From: Squalus acanthias
Taxonomy: Eukaryota
DNA: 64,000 bases
NCBI GenBank assembly: GCA_030390025.1
Contig: CM059432.1
Location: 81,594,001 to 81,658,000 of the forward strand
Direction: 5' to 3'
Shown: positions 23,247 to 37,205 of the stretch, piece after piece
How the letters are laid out: each line of letters begins with the position of its first letter
Numbering within the stretch: the stretch's first letter is position 1
Notes under the pieces: generated by a model
What the model was told of the DNA's origin: nothing
The model's database searches: none
The model's input: the letters and a program-made list of their open reading frames with translations, nothing else
Program-made: the position numbers and the translations under genes

Positions 23247-24883
23247 AGTGTGTCCTCTGACTCACCGGGAGCAACAACATGCAAAATCTACTAGTAGATA
23301 TTAAAATTATATAGACTCACTTATGATCGAATTGTTACCAAAACTCCTTATTCATCATATAATAAATGAGTGATAAAGTCATAGGTATTTTATGTCAGGT
23401 CATGTCCATGAGTTTTTTTAATGTGGTATCACACGGCGGGGTTGGGGTGGTGGGGTTGGTGAAATAGGGCTTGATAGCGCCTGTTTTTTGTGCAATACGA
23501 GGCCCCTTAAAGTTCCAAAATGGTGTTCACTGCGTGTGCGCATACTTCTAATAATAAGTGCGCCAGACGCTATGTTGGTAAAGGGGTTAGCGCACACGCA
23601 CCTAACGTCCACCGGAAGTATGCAGAGCAGGTAGATCATGACGTGAATCATAATGCTGATTCGACGCCAGCGCTGTCACTTTTGGAGCTCCATTCTCCAG
23701 CCTACACCCTATTTTAACCTCGCACAGCTGAACACGCTTTCAACGGCATGAAGGAACCCCACCAGCGCTATGTAACGTGATCATCAACTACTTACAGGTC
23801 AGTTGCTGATTAATTTCTTCTGGCTGTTGCTGCAATTCTACAAGTTTTGGGTGCTTTCTATAGTTGGTTAAAGTTTAAATATTGTACCGGGAGTAGTCTG
23901 GCAGGTGGTGAAGTACCTCTTTGCTGAAATAAAGGCTTGTGCACAGACCAGTTGCTCCCAGACATGGGTGGACCAGTAGTCCTTCCTCTTGGAATTGAGC
24001 ATATCTGGGAGAATGAGCAGAGGCCATGCAGAGCAGGACAAGCTGCTAGAAGAGGCAGGAGGAGGGGGAGAAGGGCTCTCAGTAGAAATCCACATCTGCA
24101 AAGGGTCTTTAGGGAGCAGATCTGTTGGAGAACAGATTACAGCAGTGCTGTAATGCAGTGGAAGATGCTTTGCACACTGGCATCCAGAGCCATGATGGCA
24201 ACAGTCTGAGATTCCATGGCAGCAAGCTGAGATTGCATGACAGCAATCTGAGCCTCCACTGCGGCACTCCGACATTGGCTGGAATCTGCTTGTGCTGTAA
24301 TGGAAGCTGAGACATCGGCTATAAGATGCTACATCATGGTTGGTTACACAGGTGTGCTGCTGGAGGTAGCCACCTGATCCACGTTGGAAAGGATTGGCTC
24401 CATGCTCTGTGCAAAGCCCTGTGCCAAGTTAGTGCTGGACTCCTCCATGCTCCTTGACATTGAGGGCAGGCTTTCCGGCAGGGTTTCCAGTGCACCAAGC
24501 ATTAGGGTGTGTCCACCCTTCTTCTATAGCCTGGCCCCACGAAGTCATCATCTGAGTCCTCTGCAGCAAAACTAGTTTGCGACCTCACCCTCTGGCGAGT
24601 TGTCACCTGCGCTATCATTTCCCCCTGCCCTGGCGCCAGTATACTTGTGCCCGGTGTCTCACCATGTGCAGATCCCGCCTCTATACTATGCTCTAAATTA
24701 CGTGCAGTGTCAGTATCTGAGCTGGAGGCTGCAACTGTGAAATCGAGTGACGGTGTGTCTTCATCTTCAATGTCTTGTTGCTCTTCCTCCATTGCCTGGG
24801 AAGGTTATAGTTCTTGAATATGTGAAAGAAAAAAGGGACAAGGTTGTGGGGAGAGGAGAGGAGAAAGTAGGAAGTGCATGCTT

Positions 24884-25605
24884 ACAACAACAACAACAAC
24901 TTGTATTTATATAACACCTTTAACGTAGTAAATGTCCCAAGGCGCTTCACAGGAGTATTATAAGACAAAAAATTTGACACCGAGCCACATAAGGAGAAAT
25001 TAAGGCAGATGTCAAAAGCATGACCAAAGAGGTAAGTTTTAAGGAGTGTCTTAAAGGAAGAAAGAGAGGTAGAGAGGCGGAGAGGTTTAGGGCAGGAATT
25101 CCAGAGCTTAGGGCCTAGGCAGCTGAAGGCACGGCCACCAATGCTGGAGCGATTAAAATCAGGGATGCTCAAGAGGCCAGAATTAGAGGAGTGCAGATAT
25201 CTCGGGGGGTTGTGGGCCTGGAGGAGATTACAGAGATAGGGAGGGGCAAGGCCATGGAGGGATTTGAAAACAAGGTTGAGAATTTAAAATCGAGGTGTTG
25301 CTTAACTGGAAACCAATGTAGGTCAGCGAGCACAGGGGTGATGGTTGAACAGGACTTGGTGCGAATTAGGACACGGGAAGCAGAGTTTTGGATGACCTCA
25401 AGTTTACGTAGGGTATAATGTGGGAGGCCACCAGGAGTGCATTGGAACTGTCAAGTCTAGAGGTAACAAAGGCATGGACGAGGGTTTCAGCAGCGGATGA
25501 GCTGAGGCGGGGCGGAGACAGGTGATGTTACAGAGGTGGAAATAGACGGTCTTAGTTATGGTGCAGATATCTGGTCGGAAGCTCATTTCAGGGCCAAATA
25601 TGACA
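24884..25605 (-). mobile_element. L2 LINE 3' fragment
   Basis: GGRAFSCLGPKLWNS..LSSFKTLLKTYLF C-terminus; (GTT)n tail. Confidence 0.85.
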
Positions 25606-25724
25606 CCATCAGCAGTTGCTCTGTCAGAAGAGATTGTGGGATGAGGGAGAAGTGGGATGAGAAATGTAGAATTAGGTATGCAGATGCCTTCATCTTCAAT
25701 GGCTTCAGCCCCACCGGTGGCCAC

Positions 25725-27121
25725 AGCCTCAAACTTGTGCTCCAGAACTAGCCGCGCCTCTAGCCAAGCTGTTCCAGTACAGCTACAACAATGGCATCTA
25801 TCCAACAATGTGGAAAATTGCCAAGGAATGTCCTGTCCACAAAAAGCAATCCAGTCAATTTCCGCCCCATCAGTCTACTCTCAATCATCAGCAAAGTGAT
25901 GGAAGGGGTCGTCGACAGTGCTATCAGCGGCACTTACTCACCAATAACCTGCTCACCGATGTTCAGTTTGGGCTCCGCCAGGACCACTCAACTCCAGACC
26001 TCATCACAGCCTTGGTCCAAACATGAACAAAAGAGCTGAATTCCAGAGGTGAAGTGAGAGTGACATCAAGGCAGAATTTGACCGAGTGTGGCATCAAGGA
26101 GCCCTAGTAAAATTGAAGTCAATGGGAATCAGGGGGAAACTCTCCACTGGCTGGAGTCATACCTAGCACAAAGGAAGATGGTTGGAGGTCAATCATCTTC
26201 AGCTGCTTCATCAATGACCTTCTCTCCATCATAAGATCAGAAATGGGGATGTTTGCTGATGATTGAACAGCGTTGAGTTCCATTCGCAACTCCTCAGATA
26301 ATGAAGCAGTCCATGCCCGCGTGCAGCAAGACCTGGAAAACATTCAGACTTGGGCTGATAAGTGGCAAGTAACATTCACGCACACAAGTGCCAGGCAATG
26401 ACCGTCTCCAACAAGAGACAGTCTAACCACTACCCCTTGACATTCAATGGCATTACCATCACCTAATCCCCCCCTCCATTATCATCCTGGAGGTCACCAT
26501 TGACGAGAAACAAGAGCAGGTCAGATGCTGGGTATTCTGCGGCGAGTGACTCACCTCCTGACTCCCCAAAGCCTTTCCACCATCTACAAGGCACAAGTCA
26601 GGAGTGTGATAGAATACTCTCCACTTGCCTGGATGAATGCAGCTCCAACAACACTCAAGAAGCTTGACACCATCCAGGACAAAGCAGCCTGCTTGATAGG
26701 CATTCCATCTACCACCTTAAACATTCACTCCCTTCACTACCGGTGTACCGTGGCTGCAGTGTGTATCATCTACAAGATGCACTGCAGCAACTCGCTAAGG
26801 CTTCTTCGGCAGCACCTCCCAAATCTGCGACCTCTACCACCTAGAGTGGCAAGGGCAGTAGGCGCATGGGAACACCATCACCTCCAGGTTTCCCTCCAAG
26901 TCACACACCATCCTGACTTGGAAATATATCGCCGTTCCTTCATCGTTGCTGAGTCAAAGTCCTGGAACTCCCAACCTAACAGCACTGTGGAAGTATCTTC
27001 TTCACACAGACTGCAGCGGTTCAAGAAGGCGGCTCACCACCACCTTCTCAAGGGCAATTAGGGATGGGCAATAAATGCTGCCCTTGCCAGCGAAGCCAAC
27101 AACCCATGAATGAATAAATAA
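25725..27121 (+). mobile_element. 5'-truncated copy of the 3053-6555 LINE family
   Basis: Colinear with 5055-6550 (IYKAQVRSV.EYSPLAW; GGGATGGGCAATAAATGC tail). Confidence 0.9.
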
Positions 27122-27502
27122 ATTTTTTTAAATGGCCCTTCTCCTCCATGGGGGTTAGACCATACAGGTGCACCTCTCCCCCTCGGGTTACTTCCTGCTA
27201 CCTCTGGTTGTGTGCCGCCTTCTCATGTAAGAGAGAGGGAAGTGTGTCAGTGAATGTTCTGCAATCTGTATGGATGATGTGGCTGCCATGGTTGAATAGC
27301 TGGCAATGTGTGCAAGCTGTGAGATGTGGGTTTGAGGCTTGCAACAGTGCTAAGTGTGTGAGGGTGAGATGAAGCATATGAATGTTAAGTATGAGTCCTG
27401 ATTGATAGGGATTGTTGGTAGGTGAGTGATGGGGGTGTGGTGAATTGAGCAGTGACTGAGGCTATTGGTGCAGTTGGTGGGATATGGCATTTGAAGATGC
27501 AT

Positions 27503-27739
27503 TCATGAACCTTGACCATCAATAAACTTCCTCCTGCACTGATTCCATGTTCTTGGAGCTAACCTCCTGGCATTGAGCTTCTTCGCTATTTCTTGCCACT
27601 GCCTTCTGAGCATGTGTCTGGAGGGCTTCCGGCCCCCCTGAGGGTACAGAATATCTCTCCTCCATTCAACCTCCTCCACCAAGACCTCCAGTGCAGTGTC
27701 CAAAAACCTTGGTGCCCGCTCTCTCCCATGGTCAGCCAT
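27503..27739 (-). pseudogene. Harbinger Myb/SANT exon 1 remnant
   Basis: MADHGRERAPRFLDTALEVLVEEV...WQEIA...RTWNQCRRKF. Confidence 0.8.
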
Positions 27740-28421
27740 TGTTGATTGTTGCACGACACAGTATTCCCAATGATCTCAGCACTTCCAGCAGCCACAATAC
27801 ACCTTCCCTTTAAGAGGTGCAGGCTAGCTTTAAGTAGTTCTAGGAAGTAAAAAGACCAGTGCTAGTGCGACCAAGCACTGAGTGCGAGTCAGCAGAGAGT
27901 GCTGAGTTTGGGTAAGTGTGAGAGTTCTTTAATTGTTAGTTCTCTTTAAATCATTCTTGATAAGAGTACTTAAGCAGTTTAAGTGAAGGGGAAAAGTTAA
28001 ATATTTGGGATTCTGTTGGTTTAAGAAGAGTAAAACAAGGTTACACTGCAGTAGGAGTAAATTGGCACAGCAGGCAGTGGAAACCAGTTTTCTAATCAAT
28101 CAGCAGGGGTGACTCATTTGGCTGTAAACAAACAAACAGTAAAAAGACCAGTGCTAGTGCGAGTCAGCAGAGAGTGCTGAGTTTGGGTAAGTGTGAGTTC
28201 GGGTGAGTGGGGTGTAGGGTGCTCTTTTCAAACTTTAACTCTGTGGGTTGTAGTTAATAAGGCCTTTCTGGTGCAGAGTGACTGTTGGTAAACCATTTAA
28301 CTGGTGTAATTTAGAGGGATTGATTTAATTTAAATCCAATTAATTAGAGGGGATACTAGCATCTATAATCGGGCAGAGAGTGTCCATAACTAACAATAAA
28401 AAAAATAATTAATTACATAGA

Positions 28422-29375
28422 ATGGAGCAGGTGATGTGTTACTGTTGCGAGATGTGGGAGCCGGTGGATCCCATTGAGGCTCACGGTGATTACATCTGTG
28501 ACAAGTGTCTGCTGCTACAGGAACTCCAGCTCCGTGTTGATGAGCTGGAGTCTGAGCTTCAGACACTGCGACACATCAGGGAGGGGGAGAAGTACCTGGA
28601 CTCTGTGTTTCAGGAGGTGGTCACACCTATGAAGTTAATTAATTCAGATGTAGCCCATGGTCAGGGACTGGACGGTGTGACTATGAGTGAGGCAGGTACG
28701 GGGATCCAGGAGGTAGTGTTGGAGGAGCTGCAGCCCTTGCTCTTGTCCAACAGGTTCGAGGTTCTTACTCCCTGTGGGGACAGGAGCAGGGACTGCAGGG
28801 AGGATGAGCAACCTGGCCACAGCACCATGGATAGGGGGGCCATTCAAGAGGGGGGAGTAAATAGAAATGTTGTAGTGGTAGGGGATAGTATTATTAGGGG
28901 AATAGATAGAGTTCTCTGCAGCCGAGAGCGAGAGTCCCGTAGGCTGTGTTGCCTGCCCAGTGCCAGGGTTAAGGACATCTCCTCTGGCCTGGAAAGAAAC
29001 GTGCAGTGGGAGGGGGTGGACCCAGTTGTCGTGGTCCATGTTGGTACAAATGACGTAGATAGGACAAGGAAGCCGGTTCTGTTAAAGGAGTATGAGCAGC
29101 TAGGGGTCAAATTAAAAAACAGAACCTCAAGGGTAATAATCTCTGGATTATTACCTGAGCCACGAGCGAATTTGGCTAGGACAAATAAAATTAGAGAGTT
29201 AAATGAGTGGCTCAAAGACTGGTGTGGGAGAAATTGGTTTTGCTTCCTGGGACACTGGCACCAGTACTGGGGCAGGAGGGAGCTGTTCCGTTGGGACGGG
29301 CTTCACTTGGCCAGTGCTGGGACTAGAGTCCTAGCGGATCATATAACTAGGGCTGTAGAGAGGGCTTTAAACTAA
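28422..29375 (+). CDS. CR1 ORF1: Cys zinc finger / leucine zipper plus SGNH (GDSL-like) esterase
   Basis: CYCCEMW..ICDKC; heptad Leu run; VVGDSIIR, HVGTND, DGLH; uninterrupted 317 aa. Confidence 0.88.
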   Translation: MEQVMCYCCEMWEPVDPIEAHGDYICDKCLLLQELQLRVDELESELQTLRHIREGEKYLDSVFQEVVTPMKLINSDVAHGQGLDGVTMSEAGTGIQEVVLEELQPLLLSNRFEVLTPCGDRSRDCREDEQPGHSTMDRGAIQEGGVNRNVVVVGDSIIRGIDRVLCSRERESRRLCCLPSARVKDISSGLERNVQWEGVDPVVVVHVGTNDVDRTRKPVLLKEYEQLGVKLKNRTSRVIISGLLPEPRANLARTNKIRELNEWLKDWCGRNWFCFLGHWHQYWGRRELFRWDGLHLASAGTRVLADHITRAVERALN

Positions 29376-29413
29376 CTAGTGGGGGGGAGGTTCCTAGAGA
29401 GCAAATAATAAAA

Positions 29414-32364
29414 ATGACAACAGAGAAGGTCATAGACTTAGGTAGCAGTGGGGAAATTAAAAACCAGAGTGTGTCAGGAAGGGGCAGAAGGTATGGAGTA
29501 AAAGGTAAAGTAATAAAAAGGGCAAAAGCAGGAACTAAGTGTCACAAAACATATTTGAAAGTTCTCTATCTGAATGCACGTAGCATTCGTAACAAAATAG
29601 ACGAGTTAATGGCACAAATAATTACATATGGGTATGATCTTGTGGCCATTACAGAAACATGGCTGCAGGGTGACAATGCCTGGGAATTAAACATACCAGG
29701 TTATTTAACGATCAGGAAGGACAGGCAGGAAGGAAGGGGAGGTGGGGTGGCTATGTTAATAAAGGAAGGAATCACTGTAATACAGAGAAATGATATTGGG
29801 TCAAAAGATCAGGATAATGAAACAGTTTGGTTGGAGATAAGGAATAATAAGGGGAAAAAAACACTAGTGGGCGTAGTCTATAGGCCTCCGAACAGTTGCA
29901 ACTCTGTTGGACGGAGTATCAATCAGGAAATAGTTGAGGCTTGTAATAAGGGAACATCTATAATTATGGGGGATTTTAACTATCATATTAATTGGACAAA
30001 TCAAATTGGGCAGGGCTGCCTTGAGGATGAGTTCATTGAGTGTATTAGGGATGGGTTTCTTGAGCAGTATGTAACTGAACCGACCAGGGGGCAAGCAACC
30101 TTAGATCTGGTCCTGTGTAACGAGACAGGATTAATTCAAAATGTCCTAGTAAAGGATCCACTTGGAATGAGTGACCATAACATGGTTGAATTCCATATTC
30201 AATTAGAGGGTGAGAAGGTTGGATCTCAAACAAGCGTGCTAAGCTTGAATAAAGGAGACTATGAAGGTATGAGAGCGGAATTGAGTAGAGTGGATTGGGA
30301 AAATAGATTAAAGGGTAAGACGATACATGATCAGTGGTGTACATTTAAGGAGTTATTTTACAACTTCCAAAAAATATATATTCCACTGAGAAGAAAAGGG
30401 TGTAAAAGAAAAGACAGTCATCCGTGGCTAAGTAAAGAAATTAAGGATAGTATTCAACTAAAAACAAGGACGTATAAGGTAGCCAAATCTAGTGGGAGGA
30501 TAGAGGATTGGGAAAACTTTAAAAGACAGCAAAAAATAACAAAAAGATTGATTAAGAATGGGAAGATAGATTATGAAAGTAAATTAGCAAAAAATATAAA
30601 AACAGATAGTAAGAGTTTTTATAGTTATATAAAAAGAAAAAGGGTGGCTAAAGTAAATGTTGGTCCCTTAGAGGATGAGACCGGGAAATTAATGGTGGGA
30701 AATATGGAGATGGCAAATACACTGAATTAATATTTTGTATCAGTCTTTACAGTAGAGGACACTAAGAATATCCCAACACTGGACAAACAGGGGGCTATAG
30801 TGGGGGAGGAGCTAAACACGATCAAAATCACTAAGCAAGTGGTACTCGGTAAAATAATGGGACTCAAGGTGGATAAATCACCTGGACCTGATGGCTTACA
30901 TCCTAGGGTCTTGAGGGAAGTGGCGGTAGGGATTGTGGATGCATTGGTAATAATTTTCCAAAACTCCCTGGACTCAGCAAAGATCCTGGCAGACTGGGAA
31001 ACTGCTAATGTAACACCCTTATTTAAAAAGGGCAGTAGACAGAAGGCTGGAAACTATAGACCGGTTAGCCTAACATCTGTGGTAGGTAAAATTTTGGAGT
31101 CCATTATTAAGGAGACAGTAACGGGACATTTGGATAATCATAATTTAATCGGACAAAGTCAGCATGGTTTTATAAAGGGGAAGTCATGTTTGACAAATTT
31201 GCTGGAGTTCTTTGAGGAAGTAACATACAGGGTGGATAAAGGGGAACCAGTGGATGTGGTGTATTTAGACTTCCAAAAGGCATTTGACAAGGTGCCACAC
31301 AAAAGATTATTGCTTAAATAAAAAATCACGGGATTGGGGGTAATATTCTGGCATGGATAGAGGATTGGCTATCTAACAGAAGGCAGAGAGTTGGGATAAA
31401 TGATTCATTCTCAGACTGGCAATCAGTAACTAGTGATGTTCTGCAGGGGTCAGTGCTGGGTCCCCAACTCTTTACAATCTATATTAACGATTTGGAGGAG
31501 GGGACCGAGTGTAACATATCAAAGTTTGCAGATGATACTAAGATGGGAGGGAAAGTAGTGAGTGAGGAGGACATAAAAAATCTGCAAGGGGACATAGACA
31601 GGCTAAGTAACTGGGCAGAGATTTGGCAGATGGAATACAATATTGGAAAGTGTGAGGTTATGCACTTTGGCAGGAAAAATAGTAAAGCAAGTTATTATCT
31701 TAATGGCAAGAAACTGGAAAGTACTGAAGTACAAAGGGATCTGGGGGTCCTGGTGCACGAAACTCAAAAGGTTAGTATGCAGGTGCAGCAAGTGATTAAG
31801 AAGGCCAATGGAATGTTGGCTTTCATTGCTAGGGGGATAGAATATAAAAATAGGGAGGTATTGCTTCAGTTGTACAAGGTATTGGTGAGACCGCACCTGG
31901 AATACTGCATACAGTTTTGGTGTCCATACTTAAGAAAAGACATACTTGCTCTCGAGTCAGTACAAAGAAGGTTCACTCGGTTAATCCCGGGGATGAGAGG
32001 CTGGACATATGAGGAGAGGTTGGGTAGATTGGGACTCTACTCATTGGAGTTCAGAAGAATGAGAGGCGATCTTATTGAAACATATAAGATTGTGAAGGGG
32101 TTGGATCGGGTGGATGCGGGGAGGATGTTCCCGATGATGGGTGAAACTAGAACTAGGGGTCATAGTCTTAGAATAAGGGGCTGCACTTTCAAAACTGAGA
32201 TGAGGAGGAACTACTTCACTCAGAGGGTGGTAGGTCCATGGAATATGCTGCCCCAAAAAGCTGTAGAAGCTACATCATTACATAAATTTAAAACAGAAAT
32301 AGACAGTTTCCTAGAAGTAAAGGGAATTAAGGGTTACGGGGAGCGGGCAGGAATTTGGACATGA
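29414..32364 (+). pseudogene. CR1 ORF2 (APE endonuclease + RT) with one nonsense codon and one frameshift
   Basis: YLNARS, ITETW, GDFN, SDH, YRPVSLTS, LDFQKAFD, FADD; TAA at 30728-30730; frame change near 31318. Confidence 0.92.
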
Positions 32365-35300
32365 GTCTAGGTTCGGATTGATCATGGCCCTGTGGGTAGT
32401 GTAGCGGGCCCAGGGGCCGTGTAGCCTGATCCTGCTCCTATTTCGTGTGTCCAATTCTGTTAGATTCAGGAGATGGTTCTGTGATAGTAGATTGGCGGTT
32501 AGGATCAGATCAGCCATGATCTTGTTGAATGGGGCCAATTGGCCTACTCCTGCTCCTATTTCTTATGTTCTTATGTTATGTTCTTAACCATATTTGGCCC
32601 CTTGCTGATGTGTGCAGCCAATGAACAGCCAATGAACAGCGCCGGGAACGCTGTCTGTATGCAGAAATCATTATAATGTGCAGGCAGCACGAAGTGGTAA
32701 TTGCACGTCACGATCCCTTCGCCCGCTTTCGGGGGCTAATCAATTTAACCCTCAGTGTGTTTTGTGCTTTCAATATTCCCCTTTTTTTCACATTTAGACA
32801 TGTTTGAATCAAGGAAAATGAAATAGATGGAGAATTCATGTTCATGAAATGATATGGTAGCTGTGATATGGTGTGAGAACTTTGGAGGGAAAAAAAGGAT
32901 GGGCCTAAAATAAAGTGTCTAGATTTTGCTAGTAATCCAGGTAGTCTGGTTTCAACATAGAGGAGAATGATATTGTAGGAACCCACTGTTGGAGTATAGA
33001 AAGTTTGCTGCCTGAATTTGAGTCTGTTTATTATGTTATTCTACTTAATCTCTATTATCTGTCATAAATGCTTTGAAAATTTGCTTTTTGAAAGGGGAGA
33101 GTTGTAATTTTTAAACCAAAATTCAAGTTAAAATTAATTTATTCAGCTTTTCATGTTTATGGGATTTATATTGTAATTTGAATTGCATTTCCACATTCTG
33201 ATTGGCTTGTGATGCCCTCGGTATGATACCAGTGATCTGAAGGCCACTTATGAAGATTTGAGGCCTTAGAGATTAAGGAAACTAATGTAGTCTTGTAACA
33301 GCATTACTTATGATTTATTTTATTATTATGAAAATGCATTCATTGTGTTTTTACAATTTAACTTTATTTCAGCGGTTTGATGTGACATTTTTTCTGTCAT
33401 TTTTTTGTTGGGAAATTTGAATGGAGAAGACTAACATGAGTAGTGTCACTTGGCACACCTTGAAAATGGTATCAAACTGCTGCCAAAACCACTGTACAAA
33501 AGGTAGAAGCAAACAGCAATGGCGCAGTTACAATACTGTGTGTATCTGTAACAAATGTAGTTATTCTTTTTGTTTTTGTAATGAAACATGACATAGTAGC
33601 TGGTGGAATCTGAGAGAGCATTGGTGAGAAGATGTAAAATTTAGTTGGCAGATCTAAGTAGGTTTAATGTTTTGGCATAAACGTTAGAAATTAGACTTAC
33701 CAATTCATGACCGTGTTTGGTTTGTGGTGAAGATTACATCAGATAAAAGCTAAGAAACAACAGTTAGGATGTCTAGATATGACTTCAGGAAAGATCCCAC
33801 TACTTACATTGGTTACCTAATGACTTGAATAATAATAAAACTGGCTAATAATAACTGAATAAAATCTCTTCAATGTGCATGGACTGAAGCCTATCAAGTT
33901 CGTAATGCAGCCTCATTTGTTGTTAGTAGACTAAAGTATTCTCGTTTCAAAAAGCCAGGGTTTCAAAGGTTGTTAAGGCTCAGAAACATTTGCAAATAGC
34001 TCTATGTCTTTGTCAAAAATGTAATTGAACAGGTGACTAATACAATAGCTCACCGAAATTAAATTTGATGAAATGTTATGATGAGGAAAAGGATGCAAGG
34101 GAAAAATGCTTTGGTAAATACCAAAATAAAGCATTAAAAAAACAAAGATAATACCACTGTAGGTAAAACAATGTATTTGCAGATAGTATTGTGTCTATGC
34201 TTGCACATTCAGTTTTGTACTATAAAAATGGATGTAAGGCTCTTTATAAACTGGCATTAAACTAGCTTATGTGCTACTTTAACTTGAAATTTTAGTCACT
34301 GTTTCAGTCTATTTTCCTCAGGGTTTTAATGGGAATAAAAATCTAGAGGGCTGTTTTTAACTTGGGGTGGGTAAAAAGAAAAGAAAGGCTTGCATTTATA
34401 TATTATATTGTGTGGGCAGGGGCGGGCTGGTGGCAAAGACCCCATGATGTGAGGCCTAGGTCATTTTAACTTCAGGTCCTGATTAACATTTAAAGGATGG
34501 GCTGCCCTCCCAATCGCCTGCATAATGGGGCAGACCGCCCACATGACCCACGCAATTTCTGGAGCGTTCCACAACTGTACTTAAAGTGGGGATGCACCTC
34601 TTAACTCCCGCCCACACAATACTGAGACTAAAATTTCAAATTTAAGTGTAAGGAGCATCCCCAAGGCCACTGTCAAGCAGACCTGGACAGAAGTGGCTGA
34701 GAGGGTCAGATCCAGCAGCATCACCCCCAGGACCTGAGTTCATTCTAGAAAGAGGTTCAGTGGCCTCACAAGAGCAGAAAGGGTGAGTACACCTCTTCAC
34801 CTCTCTGAACACCTAACCATGCACCTCCCACTTCCTCCTTCACCACTGTCAACTATTACCTCACCTCTATCGCATCCTTCAGCATGCAATCACAAGGACA
34901 CACTAAGACTCATTCCAAATTCCCTCACCTCTTCCTTTCCTCTCTTCTCACCACACACTAACATCATTCTCTTCTCACATACTATCACTTTTAGAACCAT
35001 CAGTCAATCCCACCACTCCTTCCTCACTTCACATCACACACTCTTCCCATTACATTCCACCCCTCCCCATCCTCATTCCATATTGCTTCTTCTACACCTC
35101 TCAACACATCCATTATATGTCCAACCTCTACAGGTCTCAACAGTCACTCACTCTCTTTCTGAAGGACAAGGCATCACATAATCACGCACTCACATAGTCA
35201 GAGCAAGAAGCCCTACACATCACTGGCCTAAGCAAGGTAATGAGCATCGAGGAAGGAGAGGCTGGTGGCTGGTGGCTGGTGGAGTACCCAAGCAGAGTGC

Positions 35301-37168
35301 CTGCATATTACTTGGATCCCTTCATTCAACTAAGCACAGATCCAGCAAGTTTAGCAACTTCAACCTACATTCTCAACACTGTTGCCTGATCATGTGCAGC
35401 TTCTCACTGACATCCTAACTCTTCTCCCCTTTCTCTTTCTTCTCGGGCATTCTTAATACCCGAGGCTCCTGCAGTAGAATAGATCCCGGAGGAGGACACT
35501 CCCTCTGAGATTGCACCATCAGGCTCTCCACCCATCCCATGCACCAGCTCAGAGATTGGCACTCCACTTGGGCTTGATAGTGAGCTAGAGGGCTCTGCAT
35601 GTGATGAAATACCCAGCACCAGTGGGTAGCAGCAGCCACCGGTGGCAGAGATGGGCCAGGAGAGATCTCACCAGAGGGCGGGGCCCTCTCTCTCAGCTCC
35701 GCTGAGGACAACAGAGATGAGGACTTCAAGGGCCCAGCCATGAAAAGAAAACTGCTGGCCTCACACAAACAGCTCTACAAGGTATTGGAAGGTGTGCCAA
35801 GGAATCTCATCACTGTGGCTGAGAGTGAGCAGGAGTCCGCATCCAGTCTCTATGGTGTCATCTTGTATTGCCTCACCACTCTGCAGTCTACCCTGGATAG
35901 TGTGGCAACCTTCAGGGATGCTTCCCCCCCTTGGCCCTCACGGGAGAAGTCCATGCTTGCACGATTTTCAGGTTTGCTGGAAGCTTAAATGGCTGCCGTG
36001 CAGATTCTGGGCTCCACAATGGCGAGAATTAAATGGATAAGGGCTTTAAGGGGTTGGTCATCACCTACAGTTCAGTGGAAGTGATGAATCCCGGCCCCAA
36101 GAGAGTGGCAGTGGCGCACTGGGAGCAGTAATGTGCTGGCCTCTCTGACTGTCAGCACATTTGCACATTCGTTCACCCCCCCAACCAGGACTCTCCATGG
36201 TGCCAGCAAGTCAGATGGGCCAGAATGCTCCAATAGCAGCTGAGTTGCAGCAGGATGCAGCCGGGCCCTCACAGGCTCGAGTACACAGAAGTCACCAGCC
36301 ATGATAATCTTATGGGTTCCAGCATGAGAAACAGTATCCTTCCACTAGCTTTGCAGAAGCCACTATAGGAGCACCTCATAGGAGTAATAGAGTTAATAAA
36401 CCTTCTTTAAAGGCAAGCACTAAGAGTTGATCACTTTGGTGAGAAATGAATGGAAGGCATTTATTATGTTTGGCATTAAATTAATCACCTTTAACATAGT
36501 TGGGATTTTGGTCTGCAATGTGGTTTAATAGCAGTGTTGTCAGAATGTAATTTATAGAAGTTTTCCGAATGGTTTGAATGTTCTTCAATGCAGGATGAAG
36601 GGAATGGTGAAGAATATAACCAGGACTGTTAGGCAGTGGGGCTTTTTGTAAGTTCTCAGGGCAGGGTGTGAGAAGCTCATTGGAATCGCTGAGTTATGAG
36701 CTGACATATCTGACAGCAAGGCATTGAGCTGCATCCTCTCCTCCCAAGCCCCCCGGCACCCACCAACGCCCTCCACGTTTGATGACGGCTGATGGAGGCC
36801 TCTCAGCAATGCAATGTTGTGCAATATGCAGCAGACCAGATGACACATGACACTCTATCTGGGGCATATTACAGAGAGCCCCCCAAACGGTCCAGACAGC
36901 TGAACCTCTGCTTGAGCATTCCTATCGTGTGCTCTGTAAAGATCCTTCTTGTGGCCTGGCTTTGAATGTATTTGTGCTGCTCGCGGGTGGTGGGGTTGTG
37001 CAGGGGTGTCATCAGCCAGGTGTGCAGAGGGTATCCATTGAACCCCAGAAGCCATCCTGTCACGCTTCTACGATAGCAAAATACTGCGGATGCTGGAAAT
37101 CCGAAATAACAACAGAGAACGCTGGAAAAACTCAGCACGTCAGGCAGCATCCATGGAGAGAGAAACAG

Positions 37169-37205
37169 AGTTAACGTTTCAGGTCGAAGTCCTTTCGTCA
37201 GAACT
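37169..37205 (-). ncRNA. Minimal hammerhead ribozyme in the Penelope pLTR
   Basis: Reverse complement: AGTT-CTGACGA-AAGGAC TTC GACCT-GAAA-CGTT-AACT. Confidence 0.7.

Larger units (their letters stand above)
27844..32586 (+). mobile_element. Near full-length CR1 LINE
   Basis: 5' UTR, ORF1, ORF2 and (TTCTTATG)n tail. Confidence 0.92.
23455..32752. mobile_element. Decayed Harbinger split by L2, LINE and CR1 insertions (boundaries approximate)
   Basis: Transposase N-terminus on + at ~23964-24130 (RRGRRRGRRALSRNPHLQRVFRE); Myb exons on - at 24130-24820, 25690-25725, 27130-27230 and 27503-27739. Confidence 0.6.

Noticed and set aside
32760..34340. AT-rich unique stretch as host exon or UTR
   Set aside because: No ORF, splice structure or recognisable motif to support a call.
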